A DNA stretch of 64,000 nucleotides from Waddliaceae bacterium. Its GTDB lineage: Bacteria > Chlamydiota > Chlamydiia > Chlamydiales > SLFE01. A program made the translations under genes and the position numbers. The stretch is taken from assembly GCA_963771045.1 (NCBI GenBank), contig CAVYRW010000001.1, forward strand, positions 2,211 through 66,210, read 5' to 3'. Below, in pieces: positions 1 through 11,393 of this stretch (position 1 is its first letter; every line of letters starts with the position of its first letter). The notes beneath the pieces were generated by a model. It ran no database searches. It saw only the letters and a list, made by a program, of their open reading frames with translations, and was not told where the DNA came from.

Positions 1-1788
1 GCGACGGTTGTGCAGTTTTGGTGCGGATGGACGTTTTACAGAGGATCGTATTACTCTCTGAAGGCTTTGAGCACGAATATGGATGTGCTGATTGCTTTGG
101 GAACTTCGGCGGCCTATGGATTTTCTCTTGCTGTTTGGATTTTCGGTTTGGACGAGCCGCTTTATTTTGAAAGCAGCGCTATGATCATCACTTTGATTTT
201 GCTGGGCAGGTGGCTGGAGACGAGAGGCCGGCGGCAAGGGGCATTTGCGATACAAAAATTACTCAATTTTCAACCACGGACGGCAAAAGTCAAGCGGGAC
301 GGACAGTTTGCGACGCTTGCTGTCGAAGAGATACGGCACGGGGATATTTTTTTGGTGCGGCCGGGAGACAGCGTCGCTGTCGACGGCATCGTTCGCGAGG
401 GGGAGTCGGCGGTGGATGAATCGACCCTTACAGGAGAAAGCGTTCCTGTTTTCAAAGAGCCGGGCTCTGAAGTTTTTGCGGGAACCTTCAATGCGAACGG
501 ATCGCTTACAGTCGAGGCGACGGGGGTCGGCTTAGAAACAGTGCTCAGCCGGATGGTGAAGCTTGTCGAGGAGGCGCAAAATTCGCGGGCCCCGATACAG
601 CGGCTTGCCGACAGAATCTCCGAATTTTTTGTTCCATCTGTTGTTCTGGTCAGCGCAGCCACATTCCTTGGCTGGATTCTTTTTGGGGCTGTATTTGCGA
701 CTGCTCTGATCAATGCCGTGGCGGTCTTGGTTATTGCCTGTCCTTGCGCACTTGGCCTCGCAACGCCGACTGTCATTGTCGTGGCAAGCGGCAGAGCAGC
801 AGAGGTCGGGGTTCTTTTCAAAGAGGCCAAGGCGCTTGAAGTGGTGCAGAAAATGGATATTCTCATTGCCGATAAAACGGGAACGCTGACTTTGGGACAG
901 CCAAGGGTTCAGGAAATTGCGGCCGAGGGCGGACAGGATGAGGACGAGGTTCTGCAAATCGCGGCCTCGCTGGCTCACCGCTCTTCTCATCCTCTGTCGG
1001 AAGCCATTGTCAATTTGGCGCAGAAAAAAGATCTCCCTTTGGAGCCGGTCTATGATTTTGAATCTTTTGCAGGAAAAGGGATCACCGCGAGCAAAAGGGG
1101 GCAAAAATGCACGCTGGGATCGGTGCGCCTTGCCGAAGAGCAGGAAGTTCAGTTCGACGTAAATAAGGTGGGAGGATGGCAAGAAGATGGCAAAAGTACA
1201 GTCATTGTCTGGATAGACGGAAAAGTTTCAGGATATATTGTAATCGAAGATGAAATGCGCGACACCAGTTTCCGCGCTGTCGAACTCCTCGGCCAAATGA
1301 ATCTTAAGGTTTTAATGCTTACGGGAGATTCCCCGAAAACAGCGGAAGCTGTGGCCGGGCGTCTTGGGATTAAGGAATATTTTGCAGGGGTGCTTCCCGA
1401 AGAAAAGGCTATGAAGGTTCAGGAGGTGAAGGATTCCGGGCTGATTGTCGGGATGGTGGGCGATGGGGTCAACGACGCGCCCGCTTTGGCAACGGCGCAT
1501 GTGGGGTTTGCCATCGACTATGGAAGCGATGTTGCGATTGAAACGGCAGATATCACTTTGCTCGGCGGCGACCTCATGGGGGTGGTCAAAGCGATCGACT
1601 TATCGAAAGCTGCCTATAAAAAAATTCGCCAGAATTTGTTTTTCGCTTTTATTTATAATATTTTGGGCATTCCTCTTGCGGCTTTAGGGTTTTTAAACCC
1701 GATCATTGCCGCAGCGGCTATGGCGGCCAGCTCGCTGTCGGTTGTGAGCAACGCCCTTCTTCTCAAAAGATGGACTCCTAGACGATGA
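1..1788 (+). CDS. copA: Copper-translocating P1B-type ATPase (5' end outside window)
   Basis: TGES, CPCALGLATP, DKTGT, GDGVNDAPAL and YN..GIP motifs; the frame is open from the window edge. Confidence 0.93.
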   Translation, partial: ATVVQFWCGWTFYRGSYYSLKALSTNMDVLIALGTSAAYGFSLAVWIFGLDEPLYFESSAMIITLILLGRWLETRGRRQGAFAIQKLLNFQPRTAKVKRDGQFATLAVEEIRHGDIFLVRPGDSVAVDGIVREGESAVDESTLTGESVPVFKEPGSEVFAGTFNANGSLTVEATGVGLETVLSRMVKLVEEAQNSRAPIQRLADRISEFFVPSVVLVSAATFLGWILFGAVFATALINAVAVLVIACPCALGLATPTVIVVASGRAAEVGVLFKEAKALEVVQKMDILIADKTGTLTLGQPRVQEIAAEGGQDEDEVLQIAASLAHRSSHPLSEAIVNLAQKKDLPLEPVYDFESFAGKGITASKRGQKCTLGSVRLAEEQEVQFDVNKVGGWQEDGKSTVIVWIDGKVSGYIVIEDEMRDTSFRAVELLGQMNLKVLMLTGDSPKTAEAVAGRLGIKEYFAGVLPEEKAMKVQEVKDSGLIVGMVGDGVNDAPALATAHVGFAIDYGSDVAIETADITLLGGDLMGVVKAIDLSKAAYKKIRQNLFFAFIYNILGIPLAALGFLNPIIAAAAMAASSLSVVSNALLLKRWTPRR

Positions 1789-2840
1789 TGTTTCGGATCG
1801 ATTATTGGGCACTAGGAATCGCGGCTTTGGCCTTGATCGGTTTTCTCATCTTTTGGAAAAAGAGAATAGGCGAGGTCCCTCCTCATTTTCTCTACTCACG
1901 CATAAAAAACTTCTCGGAGGCACTCTCGGGCAGGCGGGCAGGCTATCAAACGGTTGAAAGGGGGCTTTATCTTTTATCTTTGCTTTTTTTGCTTGGGGCT
2001 TTTCTGGATCCGAGGCTGATGTCTTCGACTGGAGCAGCAAAGTCTGTCTATACGGAAGGAATCGCGATCTATCTGGTGCTGGATGTCTCCGGGTCAATGG
2101 GCGGGCAGGTTGTCGATGTTAGGAAAGAAAAAAAAGAGACGCTCCAGACCAAACTCGGCCTTCTTAAAGATGTGACAAAAGAATTTATCGAGAAGCGCCC
2201 CCAGGATCTTATCGGACTGGTGAGTTTTGCAAGAGCGGCGTGGGTATTGTCTCCGCTGACATTGAATCATAAAATGATTTTGCAGAAGCTGGAAAATCTT
2301 CAGGTGATTCAAGGCAGGGAATACAACGGATCGGCAATCGGCTATGCCATTTATAAAACTGCGAGCTTGATAGAGGCGACAAAACAATTTGGCAGCAAGG
2401 AAGGGGGGTACGACATAAAAGGGGCCGCAATGATTCTTGTGACAGACGGATTTCAGAGTCCTAACCCGGCAGACAAAGGGAAAAGGCTGAGAACAATGGG
2501 CATTGAAGAGGCAGCCGATTACGCGAAGCAGCAGAATGCGCGTCTCTACATTGTCAATATCGACCCCGATATCGAGAATCCGAAATATGCTCCTGAGAGA
2601 AGATTGATGGAAAGCGCTGCTTTAGAGACGGGAGGAAAATTTTTCGCCGCGGACGATTCCCAAAAACTTGAAGGGATATACAGCTCCATCAATCAGCTTG
2701 AAAAGTCGAAAGTGCCGATTATCTCTGCCGGAAGCTCTGCTAGAAGCTACTCGTTCTATCCTCTTTTCATTTCTCTTGGAGTCGCTGCACTTGCGGGGGC
2801 AATAATTATGGAAACGCTTATCTTAAGGAAGGTGCCGTAA
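1785..2840 (+). CDS. batA: BatA-like von Willebrand factor A membrane protein
   Basis: N-terminal TM segments, MIDAS DVSGSM, SPLT, GSAIG and LVTDG motifs, C-terminal TM; overlaps the copA stop. Confidence 0.8.
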   Translation: MMFRIDYWALGIAALALIGFLIFWKKRIGEVPPHFLYSRIKNFSEALSGRRAGYQTVERGLYLLSLLFLLGAFLDPRLMSSTGAAKSVYTEGIAIYLVLDVSGSMGGQVVDVRKEKKETLQTKLGLLKDVTKEFIEKRPQDLIGLVSFARAAWVLSPLTLNHKMILQKLENLQVIQGREYNGSAIGYAIYKTASLIEATKQFGSKEGGYDIKGAAMILVTDGFQSPNPADKGKRLRTMGIEEAADYAKQQNARLYIVNIDPDIENPKYAPERRLMESAALETGGKFFAADDSQKLEGIYSSINQLEKSKVPIISAGSSARSYSFYPLFISLGVAALAGAIIMETLILRKVP

Positions 2841-2841
2841 A

Positions 2842-3861
2842 ATGCCGACGGATTTTCAGTTTGCTAAGCCGCAGCTGGCGGTTTTGTTTTTAGGGGCAGC
2901 TGCGATTGTCATTCTTTACTGGATTCTTTGGCGGTCTAGACATAAGGTTTTGGATGTTTTTGGGTCTTCCTATCTTTTGCATGAGGCGGCCTTGCCCCGG
3001 AGTGCGATGTTTCAGAGGATGAAGGTCGGTTTTTTGTGTACAAGCTGGGTATTTGCGGTATTTGCTCTGATGGGTCCTGAAGGCAACGCCCATTATGTGT
3101 CTCAGAAAGCTTATAAGATGGGGGCCGGGGAGATTGTCTTTTTAGTTGATGTTTCCGATTCGATGAGCGTCAATGATACCCGTACTGGCATCTCCAGGCT
3201 AGGCAATGCCAAACAGATTATCGAGAATATGATCCCTGAGATCAGAGGGAGGAATGCTTCATTGTTTGCTTTCACTTCGGACCTGATTCCCCTTGCCCCG
3301 GGCACGATTGACACTCTCTTTATTCGTCTGATGCTCGACCGGTTGAAGATTAATGAAGGGGGATTGCCCGGCACTGATTTTGTTAAAAGCTTAAGCCAGT
3401 TGAAGGATCAATTGGAGTCGCAAAGGGCACAAAAGGCAAAAACAGTGATTCTCTTGAGCGATGGAGGCGATACCTTGTGGGAGTCTTTGGGGGGAGCTGA
3501 AAAGGAAGAAAGGAAAAAGAAAATTGCCCATGCGGCAAAAGAGCTTAACGCTTCAGTCATCACAGTAGGGATGGGGTCTGAAGAGCCTGTGCGGATTTCC
3601 GGTTTGCAATACGAGGGAAAACCGGTAATGACAAGGCTTCAGCCGGAATTGCTCCGCAAGATAGGAAAGTATTATAATGCAAACCGGGCGGCGTCTTTGA
3701 CTTTGGCAAAAAATCTGGCTTCTGAGGAGGTTTCGGAAAAGGAGGTTTCTTTGCAAAAAGTTGTCTATGATTTGTATTTTCAGATTCCCCTGTTTTTGTC
3801 GATATTGTTTTTCGCCGCGGCTCTTCTCATTCCTGAAACGGAGAAAAGGAAAACAGCATGA
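2842..3861 (+). CDS. batB: BatB-like VWA membrane protein
   Basis: DVSDSM MIDAS, SRL..AK and LLSDGGD motifs; follows batA. Confidence 0.75.
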   Translation: MPTDFQFAKPQLAVLFLGAAAIVILYWILWRSRHKVLDVFGSSYLLHEAALPRSAMFQRMKVGFLCTSWVFAVFALMGPEGNAHYVSQKAYKMGAGEIVFLVDVSDSMSVNDTRTGISRLGNAKQIIENMIPEIRGRNASLFAFTSDLIPLAPGTIDTLFIRLMLDRLKINEGGLPGTDFVKSLSQLKDQLESQRAQKAKTVILLSDGGDTLWESLGGAEKEERKKKIAHAAKELNASVITVGMGSEEPVRISGLQYEGKPVMTRLQPELLRKIGKYYNANRAASLTLAKNLASEEVSEKEVSLQKVVYDLYFQIPLFLSILFFAAALLIPETEKRKTA

Positions 3862-4832
3862 GATTTTTACTGCTAGCCACTTTGTTTTTTGGACAGGTTT
3901 ACAGTGCAGCGCCTGTCGAAGAACTTTTGTTAAGGGGCAATGAAAATCTGGAGGTGGGATTTTACGATCAGGCAAAAGAGGATTATCGGAAATTACTCAG
4001 CCGTCCTCTGGAATCTTGGCAACAGAATATCGTTTTTTATAATCTGGGAACCCTTGCCGTTAAACAGGGAAATTGGTGGGAGGGTGTCGGAAACTTTTTG
4101 CGGGCCGACGGAAAAAATCTTCCCCCCTATCTTAAAGCTTCTCTCAACCGCAATCTGGCTCTCGCTCTCATTGGACTTGCAAACGAGCTGCAAAGGGAGG
4201 GGGGCGGGCCGCTTGCCGGCAGGCTCTACGATTTTGCGAGCATTAATTTTGACATTGACTTTTCCCTGGAGCCTCAAAAAATTTCAAAAGAAGAGACCCC
4301 GAATGCAGCCCCTTGGTTGATCCTGCGGCAGGCTCTTCTGAAGGAAGAGAAGGCCTTTCTGACAACGCTACAAGCAGCTGTCGATAAGGTGCGGGGCAGG
4401 CAAGACGACCTTGTAGTCGAAACGGCAAAAAATCAGCAGAGCGCTACATCGGACACGGCAAAGATGTTTATCCCGGCGCTTTTGACTTGGGAAAAGAAAA
4501 CCTATAGCGAAAATCGCTGCTTGCAAAAACCGTTTGATGAAGTTGTTCCTCTGTTCAGTCAGGGATACCATGCGGCGGAAAAAGCGGGAGAACTTCTCGA
4601 AAACCGGGGGGCGCTGCCCCAAGCACTGGATTTTCAGTGGGAAGCTATCGGCGTTTGGAAAATGGCGCTAGATAATTGGACGAAAGTCCATCAGGCGAAG
4701 GAGCCTGAGATGCTCCAGGCGACAGAATCGGAAAAAGAAAGCCGGCTGGCCCAAAAAATTATTGAGATGAGTGTTGAGGATAAGCGTCCGGAAGAGGCGG
4801 GAGAAAAAAAATCGGTCAAGCGGCCGTGGTAA
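3858..4832 (+). CDS. Secreted TPR protein (BatC-like)
   Basis: Signal peptide, TPR-like helices (FYNLGTL), C-terminal RPW; position in the bat cluster. Confidence 0.6.
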   Translation: MRFLLLATLFFGQVYSAAPVEELLLRGNENLEVGFYDQAKEDYRKLLSRPLESWQQNIVFYNLGTLAVKQGNWWEGVGNFLRADGKNLPPYLKASLNRNLALALIGLANELQREGGGPLAGRLYDFASINFDIDFSLEPQKISKEETPNAAPWLILRQALLKEEKAFLTTLQAAVDKVRGRQDDLVVETAKNQQSATSDTAKMFIPALLTWEKKTYSENRCLQKPFDEVVPLFSQGYHAAEKAGELLENRGALPQALDFQWEAIGVWKMALDNWTKVHQAKEPEMLQATESEKESRLAQKIIEMSVEDKRPEEAGEKKSVKRPW

Positions 4833-4874
4833 TAATCATAAAGTCCAAGTATATAGGAAATAGGAGGTGACAGA

Positions 4875-7737
4875 GTGGAAAAGCTAAATAACCCATTAAA
4901 TACCTTAAAATCAATTGATAATGACAAACGAAGGTACTATTATTCCCTCCCGTCTCTCGAAGAGCAGGGAATCGGGAAAATCAGCCGATTGCCGGTTTCG
5001 ATCAGGATTATGCTTGAATCGGTGCTCAGACATACCGGGCTTGGTAAAATAACCGAAGACAATGTGAAAGCCCTGGCGAATTGGAACGCTGCAGAGCCGG
5101 GAGTCGCAGAAGTTCCGTTTATCGTCTCGCGTGTCATCCTTCAGGATTTTACAGGCGTCCCCTTGCTGGTGGACCTTGCGGCTATGCGGGACGCTGTTGC
5201 CGACGCGGGTTTCGATCCGAAAATTATCGAACCTCAGGTTCCCGTCGACCTTGTGGTCGACCACTCTGTCCAGGTTGACCGCTTCGGGACAAAAGACGCT
5301 TTCATGTTCAATCTGGAAACAGAGTTTAAGCGGAACAAAGAGCGTTATGAATTTCTTAAATGGGGTCAGCAGGCTTTCAAGACGTTTAAAGTCGTTCCTC
5401 CGGGAGTTGGCATTGTCCACCAGGTGAATCTCGAACATATCGGTACTGTCGTTGTGGAAAAGCAGGTGGATGGGGTCTCTCTTTATTATCCGGACACCCT
5501 TGTTGGAACCGACTCGCATACGACCATGATCAATGGACTGGGTATTGTCGGGTGGGGCGTCGGCGGCATAGAAGCGGAAGCGGCGATGCTCGGCCAGCCC
5601 GTTTTCATCCAAATGCCCGAGGTGATTGGCATGCACTTTACGGGTAAACTTCCCGAAGGGGCGACGGCAACCGATTTGACTTTAAGAGTGACCGAGATTT
5701 TGCGTGCGGAAAATGTTGTGGGAAAATTTGTCGAGTATTTCGGGGAAGGGGCCGCGGGCCTGACAGTGGCCGACAGGGCGACAATGGCCAATATGTCGCC
5801 GGAGTACGGGGCGACAATAGGATTTTTCCCTGTCGATGAAAAAACTCTCGATTATCTTAAGGTAACAGGAAGAAGCGAAGAACATATCGGTTTGGTCGAA
5901 GATTATCTGAAAGCGCAAAAGCTGCTGGGCATCCCCCGCAAAGGGGAGGTGGACTACACAAAAGTTGTCGAGTTGGATTTGAGCACAGTTCATCCGTGCG
6001 TTTCCGGCCCGAAAAGGCCCCAGGACCGCATCGATCTTCCGCAGGGTTAAAAAGCAATTTCACGATCTTCTCAAACAGCCTGTCGACAAAGGGGGCTATG
6101 GAAAGACAAAAGATGAGATGCAGCATAAAGTCAAAGTGACCACCGACGGCTCATTTCATTTGGAGACGCCGCATGAAACGGGAGGAAAGCCTGTGTTGGA
6201 AACTGGCGACCACAATACTTCATGGAGCGAGTCGGAGATGGTGACAAACCGGCCTGTAACCAATGCTGTTGCGGATCCGGGATATTCGAAAAAGCTTGGC
6301 GGGGATTTTGATTTGGCTCACGGGTCGGTTGTTATCGCGGCCATAACAAGCTGTACGAATACAAGCAATCCGAATGTGATGCTCGGTGCCGGCCTTTTGG
6401 CCAAAAAAGCTGTGGAAAAGGGGCTGTCGGTCCATCCCGAAGTGAAAACCAGCCTTGCCCCCGGTTCTCGAGTCGTGACCGATTATTTTGAAAAAACGGG
6501 ACTTCAAAAATACCTGGACGATTTGGGATTCGATCTGGTCGCTTATGGATGCACAACTTGTATCGGCAATAGCGGCCCCCTCAATGAAGATATTGAAAAG
6601 GCGATCAAAGAGCATGATATCATCACCGCCAGCGTCCTGAGCGGCAATCGGAATTTTGAAGCGAGAATTCATGGAACGGTCAAGGCAAATTTTTTGATGT
6701 CGCCTCCTCTTGTCATTGCTTACGCTATCGCTGGAAGAATCGATATCGACTTTGAAAACGAACCTCTCGGAAGCGATAAAAAAGGCAATCCTGTTTATCT
6801 GCGAGAAATTTGGCCATCTAACGAAGAGATTCAAAAAGCGGTTTCCAAGGGCATCGCTCCGGAAATGTTTAAAAAACGCTACTCGCGCATCGCCGAGGAA
6901 AACCCGATCTGGAAAACGATAACCGTTGAGGAGACGGCAAAGTACAACTGGGATTCTAAGAGCACATATATCCGCCTGCCGCCCTATTTTGAAGAGTTTG
7001 CACTTGATGTGCCGAAGACGGGAAAAATGGAAAATATGCGTCCGCTTGCGCTTTTCGGCGATTCGGTGACAACCGACCACATATCTCCTGCGGGCGCTTT
7101 TTCCAAAAATACTCCTGCGGGAAATTATCTGATTTCAAAAGGAGTGGACCCTTCTGATTTTAACAGTTACGGCAGCCGCCGCGGCAATCACGAAGTGATG
7201 ATGCGCGGAACTTTCGGCAACGTCCGGATTAGAAATCTTATGGCAGGCGGACAGGAAGGGGGATATACGAAGCTGATGCCCGAAGGGCAATTGATGGCTA
7301 TTTACGATGCAGCCCAGGAGTATCAAATAAAAAACATTCCTCTCATTGTTTTTGCCGGCAAAGACTATGGCATGGGAAGCTCCCGGGATTGGGCGGCCAA
7401 GGGAACCGTTTTGCTTGGTGTCCGTGCGGTCGTCGCCGAAAGCTTTGAAAGAATTCACAGAAGCAACTTGATCGGGATGGGTGTCCTTCCTCTGGAATTT
7501 ACAGGGGGCGGCAACTTGAAATCTTTAGGAATTACAGGAGACGAGACATTTTCGATCGAAGGGCTGCACTCGCCGATAAAACCAGGACAGCAGTGCAGTC
7601 TAAAAATCCAGTCCGAAAGGAAGACCAAAACCGCTTCTCTTAAAGTTCGGCTCGATACGCCGATTGAAGTGGAATACTATCAACATGGCGGGATCATGCC
7701 CTATGTCCTCAGGCAGCTCATCCCCTCGGAGCGGTGA
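4875..7737 (+). CDS. acnA: Aconitate hydratase A, split by one frameshift at about 6045 (probably a sequencing indel)
   Basis: [35 protein letters not shown] and [10 protein letters not shown] motifs; removing one G from CAGGG joins ORFs 4875-6050 and 6118-7737 in frame. Confidence 0.95.
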
Positions 7738-7740
7738 GAC

Positions 7741-9897
7741 ATGCGGGGGAGCGGGCTATTTTGGATTTTCCTTGTTTGTGCCTTCCCTCTTGCTGCAGTC
7801 GAGATTTCATCTAGCATCAATACGGAAAAAGTCCCAGCCTTAGAATCTGCCGGCGGGTCGATCGACATCAGACACGATTCCGATGAAAAAATCGACGATC
7901 AATCCTTTCAACAGGGCGGCAAACCGCTTCAGGTCAAGTTCTCTGGCAGTCGAGAAGAGGCAGACGGGACAGTTCTTTCTTCCTATAAGTTTGAGATCTA
8001 TCCCGAAAAGGAGGGACTCAATATTCTGGCGCCTATCTCTGCTGTTGTCGGCGGCAGGCGGTATCAGTCGAACCCTTCGACTTACAGCGTGGAATATATC
8101 ATGCCGGAAAAAGGGCTCTACCTAAGAGCTTTGATTCAAGGGAAGGAGCCTTTTTATCCCGGAGAAAGGTTGAAATTCATCTACCGCATTTATTTTCGCG
8201 GCGATGTGAAGCTCACAAAAGAAGAACTTCCCCTGATTGATTCTGAGAGCTTTCAAAAAATCGGCGGTCTCGAGTTTAAAGAATTCCAATATAAAGGTTT
8301 TAAGGTCAACGAATTTACTCAGGAAGTTCAGATCCTGGCTCCGGGCGTGTACTCCTTTGGTACATCGGTGCTGGAAGGGATGATTAACAATAAGGAAAAA
8401 GTTCGTACGGAGGTGAAGCCGTTTCAGATCACTATAAATCCCTATCCAAAACAAGGGCAGCCCCCTTCGTTTACCAAAGCTTCAGGCCATTTCAACGTGT
8501 CTACGAAGCTGCTCACCTCAGACCATATCGAGGTCGGCGACGAAGCGAGTCTTAAGATTGAAATTTCAGGAGAAGGGAACGTAGATACCATCCGTCTTCC
8601 CAACTTTCTTTGCCAGCCGGGATTCAGCGGATTTTTTTCATTGACCGGCTCGCCTCCTGTCGCCTCCACAAATGAAAACGGGAAAGTATTTACTGTCAAT
8701 ATTGTGCCTAAGACATCCCTTGTTAAAGAAATCCCTCCAATCCAGTTTTCTTCTTTTGATCCCGAAACCCGTGAGTATTTTTCTACAAGCTCTCATCCCA
8801 TACCTTTGACTGTCTCATCGAGACCCCTTCCCGTTTCTCCTCCTCCTCCGTTAAAACAATCGCCGCCTGTAGACTGGGACAAGATTTTACTTGCGGTCAA
8901 ACCGGGTCCTTTGCCTACGCCTCTTGAGTCTGCCCAAAGAGAAAGTTCAACCGATCCCTGGAATTTCCTTTGGCTGGTTCCTGTATTTGCTTTCCTTTGG
9001 CTTTTGCAATACTATGGAAAAGATTATTGGATAGCTTATCGGTCAAGGCAGAAGGAAAGGGAGCCCCGTTCATTGATTAAGGAAGCCTCGAAGTACGATA
9101 TCGGCAGCCGGGAATTTTACCGTCTGATCGCTTTGGCCTTTAAAAACGACCGCCGCAGCGAAGTGAAGGGTTTATTTAGCTTTTTGGATGCCATCCGCTT
9201 TGGAAAAATGAAAGGATCGAAAGAAGAGGTTCTGTCGAAAGCAAGGGCATTGCTGTGCTTGATTTTACTTACTTTTGGAGTACTCGGAGCGCAGAATGAT
9301 TCTTTCAACCAAAGGCTTGACGAGCTGCTTGCCCTTGAGGAAAAAGAACCCTCAGCAGCCCTTTACGTTGATATTGGGGATACCTTTTATCAACTGCAGC
9401 GTTATTCCTGGGCTCTTTTGTATGCTGGGAGGGCATTGAAATATCAGCCTGATAGCAGTACTGCAGAAACTTTGGCAAAGGAATCCCGGAAGAAATTGTT
9501 CTTGAGCGAAGAACAGGCTTTTGGCCTGGCGCCCCGGATGCCGGTGTGGACTGCCCTTATACTTTTCTTTCTCGTGTTTGCGTTTGCGTCTTTCTATCTT
9601 TGGAAAAAACACCCTTTTATTCTCGGAAGCGGTTTAGCCTCTCTTTTTGTTTTGGTGTTATTTCTTTTGCTTGCAGTTAAAATCCATTACTTTTCTCCTT
9701 TGCCTGCAATCATGATAAATCCTTCGGCCCTTTATCAGGGGGAAGGGGCTAAATATGCTATTATATCGGACAGGCCCGTAGCCGCGGGGGCGGCAGTCGG
9801 GGTCATTGGAATATCAAAAAACGGCAAGTGGTTGAAAATTCAAACTGCAAATGGTATGATTGGGTTTATACCTTTAAAAAATATCCGGATAATTTAA
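7741..9897 (+). CDS. batD: BatD-family protein fused to a BatE-like TPR/SH3b module
   Basis: Signal peptide, Ig-like repeats (I.FSSFDP..REY), TM segments, TPR, C-terminal W.KI...NG.IGFIP. Confidence 0.7.
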   Translation: MRGSGLFWIFLVCAFPLAAVEISSSINTEKVPALESAGGSIDIRHDSDEKIDDQSFQQGGKPLQVKFSGSREEADGTVLSSYKFEIYPEKEGLNILAPISAVVGGRRYQSNPSTYSVEYIMPEKGLYLRALIQGKEPFYPGERLKFIYRIYFRGDVKLTKEELPLIDSESFQKIGGLEFKEFQYKGFKVNEFTQEVQILAPGVYSFGTSVLEGMINNKEKVRTEVKPFQITINPYPKQGQPPSFTKASGHFNVSTKLLTSDHIEVGDEASLKIEISGEGNVDTIRLPNFLCQPGFSGFFSLTGSPPVASTNENGKVFTVNIVPKTSLVKEIPPIQFSSFDPETREYFSTSSHPIPLTVSSRPLPVSPPPPLKQSPPVDWDKILLAVKPGPLPTPLESAQRESSTDPWNFLWLVPVFAFLWLLQYYGKDYWIAYRSRQKEREPRSLIKEASKYDIGSREFYRLIALAFKNDRRSEVKGLFSFLDAIRFGKMKGSKEEVLSKARALLCLILLTFGVLGAQNDSFNQRLDELLALEEKEPSAALYVDIGDTFYQLQRYSWALLYAGRALKYQPDSSTAETLAKESRKKLFLSEEQAFGLAPRMPVWTALILFFLVFAFASFYLWKKHPFILGSGLASLFVLVLFLLLAVKIHYFSPLPAIMINPSALYQGEGAKYAIISDRPVAAGAAVGVIGISKNGKWLKIQTANGMIGFIPLKNIRII

Positions 9898-9947
9898 AAC
9901 GGAAAGAAATACAACCTTTCTAAACAGGGAGTGCCAAAATCAACCAA

Positions 9948-10925
9948 GTGGATCGTCGCGCGCAGTACAATTTATATCGGATGACTTTTCAGGAAGATCC
10001 CGGCATTGATGTCGACCCCTGGATGATACTCGATTATCGGAGAGAATCGCTGAATTTTCTTTTTGACCAGCTCGTGTCTTTCGATATACATCTTGACAGG
10101 ACCAGCTTTGTTGCCTATGCCGAAGCTTGCGATTCTCCCGAACAGCTTACCGAAGAACTTTTGGCTCATCTCGATAGTGAAGAAGAGCTTGAAGATTATG
10201 TTTATCTTCTGGTTTTTGAACTTTGGAGGCGTCTTGTTCCCGAAAAGCAATCGATTTCGATATTTTGCGACGAACTCGACAACCAGATCTACCTTTATGA
10301 AAATGATCAAACCAGCAGCATGGAAACCTTGGAAGATATGCTGGCCAACCTTCAATATCTTTTGGACAATCAGGTCGACGAAGGAGCCGACCCTCGGGAG
10401 CTTTTTGAGACAATTAAAATTTCTCTGGCCCACGATCTGGAAAGCTTTCTTTTTGACTTTATATCCGTTCAAATGGACAACGAAAATTATTCCTATGCTG
10501 CCGAGCTGCTTGAAGGGTTTAATTATTTTATTTCCGACCCTAAATGGTTTGCTCTTCTCAAGGCAAGGATTTTAATCGCCACCGATCCGGAAGAAGCGGG
10601 CGAGCTGATAGACAGGCTTATCGAACTGACAGCCGAAGACAAAGATCTGGAATTTCAGATCGAGTTTCTCTCTTTGCTTGTTCAGGAAGGCAAACAAAGC
10701 ACATTTTCCCAGGTTCTCAATAAAATCCTTTCTTTGATTGAAACCGAAGAGGATTTTCACGATGTCTTAATCCTCTCCGAGGAATATTTTCATTGCCTTG
10801 ACGCAGAGAATCAGCAGTCGATTGTTCAGGACATCATCGACTCTAGGGCCGATATCGATCCCTCTGAACCTATTGACCCGTCTGATTCTCACATCTCTAA
10901 TCTTAAACAAGTCTTTAATATTTAG
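9948..10925 (+). CDS. Acidic hypothetical protein (chlamydial-like)
   Basis: 325-aa ORF, very Asp/Glu rich, predicted helical. Confidence 0.7.
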   Translation: MDRRAQYNLYRMTFQEDPGIDVDPWMILDYRRESLNFLFDQLVSFDIHLDRTSFVAYAEACDSPEQLTEELLAHLDSEEELEDYVYLLVFELWRRLVPEKQSISIFCDELDNQIYLYENDQTSSMETLEDMLANLQYLLDNQVDEGADPRELFETIKISLAHDLESFLFDFISVQMDNENYSYAAELLEGFNYFISDPKWFALLKARILIATDPEEAGELIDRLIELTAEDKDLEFQIEFLSLLVQEGKQSTFSQVLNKILSLIETEEDFHDVLILSEEYFHCLDAENQQSIVQDIIDSRADIDPSEPIDPSDSHISNLKQVFNI

Positions 10926-10942
10926 ATGTTTAACCATTATTG

Positions 10943-11055
10943 TGCCCTAATCTCGTCTGACAGGTTTTTTATAAGGCCCATCTATGAACCGACGTTCCTC
11001 GCAGCGTCAATTCATATCTAGACCTTCTAAAAAATTATCAGACGAGATTAGGGCA
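10943..11055. repeat. 113-bp MITE-like palindromic element
   Basis: Perfect 18-bp terminal inverted repeats TGCCCTAATCTCGTCTGA (10943-10960) and TCAGACGAGATTAGGGCA (11038-11055). Confidence 0.75.
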
Positions 11056-11200
11056 TAATCAGGGGTTTTAAAAAGAAAGTATCATTTAAAACAATATTAA
11101 ATTTGACACAATACCTGTATAACAAATATGATATACTACCGTTTATATCTAATGAGGAGCTGTTAATAGATCCAACTAATTCTATAAATATTAAAATATA

Positions 11201-11331
11201 TTTCCCTACTATAACAATAAACACTCATTGCCTGTATTGCCCACAGAGCTGATTGTCCACATTTTTTCTTATCTGAATCCCAAAGAGTTAATAGACGTCT
11301 CTTATGTTTCAAAAGATTGGTACTGCATCAC
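11201..11331 (+). pseudogene. N-terminal F-box domain of a gene disrupted by the IS903-like element
   Basis: Translates to LPVLPTELIVHIFSYLNPKELIDVSYVSKDWYCIT up to the target-site duplication. Confidence 0.8.
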
Positions 11332-11393
11332 GGCGTTGTTGCATAAATCACCACTGAGACCACCGAGCTCACTGAGAGATTATGAGAGAGGAA

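Noticed and set aside
6040-6118. Programmed frameshift or split aconitase
   Set aside because: A single extra G explains the break, and similar indels occur throughout the window.
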